The translations under genes and the position numbers were made by a program. 38,972 nucleotides of DNA, from positions 1 to 38,972 of the forward strand of contig LXFE01000168.1 of assembly GCA_001929475.1 (NCBI GenBank). Direction: 5' to 3'. Shown one piece after another: positions 35,185 through 38,972 of the stretch. Each line of letters begins with the position of its first letter. Within the stretch, counting starts at the first letter, position 1. Origin of the DNA: Neolecta irregularis DAH-3 (taxonomy: Eukaryota). Under the pieces are notes generated by a model. That model made no database searches and was not told the origin of the DNA. It worked only from the letters and a program-made list of their open reading frames with translations.

Positions 35185-36283
35185 TTAAAGGATCAAAGCC
35201 GCAAGCCCTACAACGGCAAAAACGCTGATTCCGCTCGTGATAGCTCCACTCTCAAAGGTATGAACAGGCTTAGGTGGTTGAGTCGGGGTAGTAGAATTCG
35301 AAGCAGGAGCTTTAGTTTTGTGGTGTGTTTTGGCGTGAGTTTTGTGTTGTGTTTTGGCGTGAGTTTTGTGGTGTGTTTTGACGTGAGTTTTGTGGTGAGT
35401 TTTGACGTGAGTTTTAGGCGGGCATGGCTTCTCACCACAGCTGGCGCTGGCATGAGCACTGGCACTCGCACTTGCAGATCCTTCTCCGTGGCTTGTCTAA
35501 ACAGTCAATATACTGTCAAAACATATGAATATACTTTGTGCATCTCGTGAGTTTCTCCGTTAGCAGTTGCTTTGGCATCGGCCTTGGAACTGCATTCACC
35601 GTTTTTGCATTTGGCCTCGGCCGATGCGTCAGCGCTGGCATGAGCACATTCAGATCCTTTGCAGTCAGATTTAGCTTCGGCTTCAGCTTCGCTGTCGGCA
35701 GAGGCAGAGGCGCCTTTTCCGGAGGCAGAGGCAGATGCCTTTGCGGAAGCTTTAGCGGCGGCCTTTTGGGCGGCATCAGCATTGCTGGAGGCTTCGGCGG
35801 CAGCTTTAGCGGCAGCCTTTGCGTTTCCAGAAGCAGCTGCTTCAGCAGAAGCTTGAGCAGCAGCCTTTGCTTCGACAGCAGCCTTTCCAGCGGAATGAGC
35901 ATCGGCGGAAGCCTTGGCTTCGGCTTCAGCATGAGCCTTGGCTTCAGCTGCATGGCCAGCAGCGGCATGTGCATCTGCGTGAGCCTCTGCATAGGCAGAA
36001 ACGGCAGCTCCACATTCCTAAAACATCAATACGATGAATAGATACAATAGTATACGTTTTGGCAAGATCGAGCTTCAGCATGACTGGTGGCTTTGGCACA
36101 AGAGTTTGAGCAGTTTTCAAACACATCGGCTTTGGCTTCGGCAGAAGCAGTAGCTAAAGCAACCTCGTCATTGTCATGATGCTTCGTGTGGTGGTCTGTA
36201 CATCAACGACAATGTCAGTATCAATACATACGTTGAGCAGCCACATGTGTGGCGAGGATAACAGTGAGAAGTTTGTAATTCAT
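35185..36283 (-). CDS. Secreted Ala/His/Cys-rich, probably GPI-anchored repetitive protein, 3 introns (true frame absent from ORF track)
   Basis: MNYKLLTVILATHVAA-QHHHTKHHDNDE...CSNSC...AYAEAHADAHAAAGHAAEAKAHAEAEAKA...CKGSEC...CKNGEC...(KTHx)8...SGAITSGISVFAVVGLAALIL*. Introns start GTATGT, GTATAC and GTATAT. TATAAA at about 36359-36364. Confidence 0.85.
35314..35415 (-). repeat. 12-bp tandem repeat encoding KTH[V/H/A], 8 units
   Basis: Minus strand AAAAC(T/A)CA(C/A)(GTC/CAC/GCC) units read KTHV KTHH KTHV KTHH KTHA KTQH KTHA KTHH. Confidence 0.9.
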
Positions 36284-37131
36284 CTTGATTCGATTGTAGA
36301 AGCGAATGACAAGAGGTGAAGCGAATAGATGAAGAAAAAAGTGCGGGACCAAGAGGCATTTATAGTTTTCACACAGATTGTGGGATAAAGCTGCGCATGT
36401 AGGCAGTCACGCACTGAGATCATTGTTGATTCACCAAATGAGGTTATTCATAGTAACCGGGTGTATGTAGAGATGAAAAATGTGAGTGTATGAGACATTT
36501 TAAGGGGACCACCGGCAACATAAGGTGAACGACGGGCAATTTTCTTCAAAAGGTGGCGGGATTTGCAATCAGATATAACAATGACGTTGTCGCAACCTTT
36601 GAGGCCTATATCTCCCTTTTTTGAGAGTCAAGGGGAACGAGTGTAGTTGGAACGCGCCTCCAGTTTGGTGGAAATACAGACGACCATGGAGCGAGTTTCA
36701 GCTCGTGGTGTATTATTAGATATGTAAGACATATGTTGACTATGGAGTGTATATTTCGACTATTGAAACGATTATGCTCCAGTTTACTCAAGAGCCTCGA
36801 TTTGAGTATACTGAGACGAATTGTATCCTCGTCGAATGGAGACTTTTGTAAAGATTAAAATGAAGGAGACTCGCGAGAACAAGGCGAGCGCGCCTTGAAA
36901 ATTATTTAAACCCATTAAAATGAAAGAGTACCCACCTTTGCAAAATGATGTTGGAAAACGCAGATCCTCCCCTTGTAAATAATAATACAGACCAACTTTG
37001 AAAACTCCAACTGGAGGATGAAACTATATTAAGAGGCAAACTTGAAGGCGACAGAAACTCGGGAGACAATTCATTAAAATATTCAATTCTGCACCGACAT
37101 AAATCTAATAAAAACTATCCTAGAGGCAGGC

Positions 37132-38972
37132 CTAGAGCAACATGACAAACAAAGCGACTGCGGCAATAGCACCAACGACATTCTTCGTGGAGGAAGACCC
37201 CGGATGGTACAGGGCATTCCCTGTTAGATTCGGAGGAAGAGTGTTAGGCTTGGCAAGAACTGAGCCAGGCTGCGAGGAACAAACGGCGGGATCGGTACAG
37301 GCAGATTGAGGCTGGGTAGTAGGAGTCGTTGGGCAATCCGTTCCACCAGGACAGCCGGACGTCGTCGTCGTTACAGGCAACGGGGGGGTACAACTTGATC
37401 CAGTACATCCAGGCGTCTGAGGCACTACAGGTACCGTAGGCTTTACACAATCCGGTCCACCAGGACAGCCGGACGTCGTCGTCGTTACAGGCAACGGGGG
37501 GGAACAACTTGATCCAGTACAGCCGGATGTCTGAGGCGTTGGAGGGATTACAGTCTTTGGACAATTCGGTCCATCAGGACAACCGGACGTCTGAGGCGAT
37601 GGAGGGATTACCTGAGTCTTTGGGCAATTCGATCCATCAGGACAGCCGGACGATTGAGGCGTTGGAGGGATTACCTGAGCCTTTGGGCAATTCGGTCCAT
37701 CAGGACAGCCAGGAGACGATGGCTGTGCAGGGGGTGAACCAGGCGGGGTTAGACTGTTAGGCGGCGATGTCGGATTCACGGGTATGGAGTGACCAGGCGG
37801 GATCTTAAGGCAACCATCACACGTGGGAGTTGACGGACGAGGCTGGCAGCTTGGTCCAGTGCAGGTTGGCACCGTGGGAGGCGGGCTACCGCAGTCTGGC
37901 CCAGTGCAGGTTGGCACCGAGGGAGGCGGACCACCGCAATTTGGCCCATTGCAGGTTGGCACCGATGGAGGCGGACCACCGCAGCTTGGCCCGGTGCAGG
38001 TTGGCACCGAGGGAGGCGGGCTACCGCAGTCTGGTCCAGTGCAGGTTGGACCCGAGGGATGGGTACCGCAGCTTGGTCCAGTGCAGGTGGGGGGAGGACA
38101 TTTGCCGTCGGAACACTAGAAGAGGTCAAATAGGTTAAAAGGATGTACAAACACCAGGATGAGGTTTGTAAACATCGAAACCGCAGCCGTTGGACTCGAC
38201 CTTGACAGCAGCTTGGGCACCAGCTGTCAGACAGACATTTGAAGTGCTGCCCTTGGTATAGGCTTGGGCGTAGGCTTCGGCATAGGCTTTAGATTGGGCG
38301 GTGCTCGCACAGGGAGCAGGGCAATTCTGCGATTAGAACAAACTCGAGAAGAACGATACCAAGCGACAAAGGTGTTCCCCGGAAGGACAAGTCTTGCAAA
38401 CGTCCCAATTCTCTGGACGGCAAGCCGCCCGGACGGATGCTTCAGCATCAGCGTAAGCTAGAGTTAGATATTATCAACCGGGCGAGTTACCGATAGCGGC
38501 ACCGGATCCATTTGTAACCACAGTGGAGGAGGCTGAGGCAAAAGCGGAGCTTTCACCGTCAGTAGAGGACGCGCCAGCGGAGGCGTGGGCCTCTGCCAAG
38601 GCAGAGCCGCTGCCCTGGCCCTGGGCTCCCGAATGAGCACCCGCAGCCGCACCAGCGATGGAGCGAGATCCATCTCCGGAGCCGGAGATGGCCCCGGCTC
38701 CCGCCTGGGCTCCAGAAAATGCGCCGCTTCCATTACCGTAAGCAGTCGCACCGGCGCCAGCGTGGGATTCTGAGCTGCCGCCTTGGGTCTGAGCGGTCGC
38801 ACCGGCGGCAGCGTGGGATTCTGAGTCGCCGCCCTTGGTCTGAGCGATCGCACCGGCGGCAGCGCGGGATTCTGAGTCGCCGCCCTTGGTCTGGGTCTGA
38901 GCGATTGCACCGGCTCCAGCATATGAAACGCCTCCATTGTGAGTGGAGGCAGCCGCACCGGCGGCGGCGTGG
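37132..38972 (-). CDS. Large repetitive, probably GPI-anchored surface protein (Ala/Gly/Ser-rich, then Cys-rich, then Pro/Cys repeats); 5' end outside window
   Basis: Three short introns (33, 33 and about 37 nt) join GATAQTQGGSSESHAA-type repeats, a Cys-rich segment (CRPENWDVCKTCPSGEHLCRLNCPAPC), KAYAEAYAQAYTK and ORF 37132..38007. Hydrophobic C-terminus VVGAIAAVALFVMLL. Confidence 0.8.
37330..38095 (-). repeat. Coding tandem repeats: 45-bp PTCTGPxCGxPPPSV, about 63-bp GCPDGPNCPKxQVIPPTPQxS, and a duplicated GCTGSSC/GCPGG block
   Basis: Visible in ORF 37132..38007 and in DNA, for example recurring GTGCAGGTTGGCACCG and CCATCAGGACAGCC. Confidence 0.9.
38745..38920 (-). repeat. About 51-bp coding repeats (GATAQTQGGSSESHAAA-like)
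   Basis: Recurring GCACCGGCG.CAGCG.GGGATTCTGAG...GCC.TTGG.TCTGAGCG units. Confidence 0.85.

Noticed and set aside
35516..36041. ORF-track proteins 35516..36013 (-) and 35538..36041 (+)
   Set aside because: Shadow frames of the GCN-rich Ala protein; the real frame is entered by splicing.
37330..38095. Regularly spaced repeats as a CRISPR array
   Set aside because: Eukaryotic context, in-frame coding repeats, and no unique spacers or cas genes.
38080..38100. Possible frameshift at the G6 run in the Pro/Cys repeat gene
   Set aside because: With the GTTTGT donor the frame reads GCSDGKCPPPTCTG continuously, so no shift is needed.

Overview
Gene-dense eukaryotic (ascomycete fungal) genomic DNA with many very short introns (about 33-57 nt) and loose splice signals. 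The intron style, a Homol-D-like box before RPS18 and the gene set suggest a Taphrinomycotina-type genome such as Neolecta; this is an inference. Recognisable genes are PAP1, RPS18, COQ1, a divergent FET3/FTR1 iron-uptake pair, OMS1, a PPR protein, SPT14/GPI3, NCS6/CTU1, a Nup1/Nup124-like FG nucleoporin, a GS-I-type glutamine-synthetase-like enzyme and MOD5. There are four probable GPI-anchored surface proteins, three of them Ala/Cys-rich repetitive proteins largely missed by the ORF track, and two multi-exon orphan genes. Non-coding items read directly from the sequence are a 330-bp hAT-type MITE with a perfect 8-bp TSD next to COQ1, two diverged solo-LTR-like copies, a FET3 exon relic, two ATCTGATAA iron boxes, and several candidate regulatory splicing events. 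All exon structures were assembled by eye and need RNA-seq confirmation.
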